A stretch of 63,610 bases of DNA, filler included, from Perkinsus chesapeaki ATCC PRA-425 (lineage: Eukaryota; Protista; Perkinsozoa): assembly GCA_013115145.1 (NCBI GenBank). It is 8 parts of 8 records of this genome, joined end to end, with 100 filler letters (N's around TTAATTAATTAA, not from the genome) between each part and the next. Parts side by side here need not be neighbours in the genome. Positions count along the whole stretch, not along the records: positions 62,426 to 63,610 come from JAAPAO010002120.1; 7 more parts are not named here. The stretch is one strand, 5' to 3'. Below the pieces are notes generated by a model. It searched no databases. It saw nothing but the letters and a program-made list of their open reading frames with translations, and had not been told where the DNA came from. Of the stretch, positions 62,426-63,610 are shown piece after piece; position 1 is the stretch's first letter, and each line of letters opens with the position of its first letter. The translations under genes and the position numbers were made by a program.

Positions 62426-62917
62426 ACCTTGGATCTTAACCACGTACTTGACTTCCCGGTAGACCACCTCCAAACTAAAGTCCGGAGGACTTTACAGCGT
62501 AAGTTCCCTCTACTGCGAGCTTGAAAACCTCTCAGCCTCTATCTGACCGCAGGTTAGGTAGAGTCTACGAAACTCGTCACCTCTTGTTTGTTTTCAGAAT
62601 TACCTATTATGAGTGACTCAAAGGATTGACACTGAGCAAACTCAAGGGCACCTGGGTGTACATCCCAAGGATAACGGTTTTTCTGACGAAAACAATAATG
62701 ACGGTACGACAAACCTCGGAGAAGAGGAGCCACGGTGTCTCAGACGCCAAACAGACGGTCAAAATAGGCGAAGAAAGAACAAAGACTTTTTGTGCTTCGT
62801 GAAATCCCTACCAGTTGTATGACCATGTGCGAGACGTGCGAGTCGTAAAACTACAGAAGTTATACCAAGAAAACCAAATTGCATAACGGTTTGGTTCGCA
62901 CTGTGTACATCCGGGGC

Positions 62918-63322
62918 TTATGGTTTTGAATATGTATAATTTAGAACCTTGCCGTTTTCATGTCTAACCACAAATGCATCAGCTGTATCAGCACGGACCA
63001 ACTTCGTGAGAGTATAAAGGCCGACATGTGTTGGGTACTGCTGTTGCCATTTGATCGTTTGTCGAATGCTCCAATAAGGAATGATTGAACCATCAAAAGC
63101 CACACCGTAGCGCGCCCTTACTGTACCACAGTTTGAAGTTATGAAGAGGGCCTCATCCTCAGCAAAGATATGAAACTCCCTAATTGGCTCATCAGTATAG
63201 TCGCCAGTGCTGACATATGCTCCACGACGTGGTGATAGTCGTCTCGGTCCAGGTACCATATCAGTTGCTCTATGTACCGCAATCATCGAGATGAACCATA
63301 GCAAGGCGAGCACGGTAGTCAT
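62918..63322 (-). CDS. Small intronless putative secreted protein (134 aa)
   Basis: ATG start, hydrophobic leader MTTVLALLWFISMIAVHRA, no recognised domain. Confidence 0.55.
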   Translation of the reverse strand: MTTVLALLWFISMIAVHRATDMVPGPRRLSPRRGAYVSTGDYTDEPIREFHIFAEDEALFITSNCGTVRARYGVAFDGSIIPYWSIRQTIKWQQQYPTHVGLYTLTKLVRADTADAFVVRHENGKVLNYTYSKP

Positions 63323-63610
63323 ATTAGTGGGATAGAATTGTAGTCGGAAACTGAAATTGTTGTAGCCACCGTGATAGAACTCAATGCCAGATTCGTTTAA
63401 ATGATACAGAACTCGAGTACAAGGGATGATAAGAGTCGCTTCGCGAACACAAGTGAGGTGAGTCGACTAAGGATAAGGAGAAACCTCAGAATCGTCAAAC
63501 CCCATGCCCGAACTGAAGGGTGGGACACAACTATCAAACAAAAATTGGGCTGATCAGGTCTCATTACAGACTGTAAGTTACAGTAGTTCCACGCAGCTTG
63601 TAGAGAGGCC

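Overview
Eukaryotic, intron-rich, repeat-rich DNA. It is most likely a perkinsid (Perkinsus-like alveolate), inferred mainly from two perfect copies of the 22-nt Perkinsus-type spliced leader (TCCGTAGCCATCTTGGCTCAAG). The window is not one contig: seven 100-bp N-TTAATTAATTAA-N stop linkers join eight contigs, so adjacency across linkers is unproven. The first ~17.7 kb is a nest of retroelements. It contains a complete but frameshifted BEL/Pao-like LTR element (493-7087) inserted into the protease region of another LTR element, a second BEL/Pao-like element whose gag region carries a WW domain, three non-LTR (LINE) relics, and a GTACAC-repeat foldback/MITE-like element. The rest holds a duplicated tRNA-Arg pair, tRNA relics, two MITEs, minisatellites and fragmentary or spliced host genes: Methyltransf_16-type methyltransferase, GNATs, WS/DGAT, centrin, alpha/beta hydrolase, TUTase/PAP-like, FHA, TmpA-like membrane flavoprotein, S10 carboxypeptidase, SPX and RRP43. 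The most striking observations are: (1) both LTRs hard-code a complete spliced-leader sequence just upstream of the gag start; (2) the integrase ORF ends in two Tudor-like modules, the second encoded inside the LTR; (3) a WW domain sits in a retrotransposon gag region; (4) perfect, often chained or nested palindromes with 1-3 nt loops recur throughout. All protein calls are by motif recognition only; no database searches were run, and exon boundaries are approximate.
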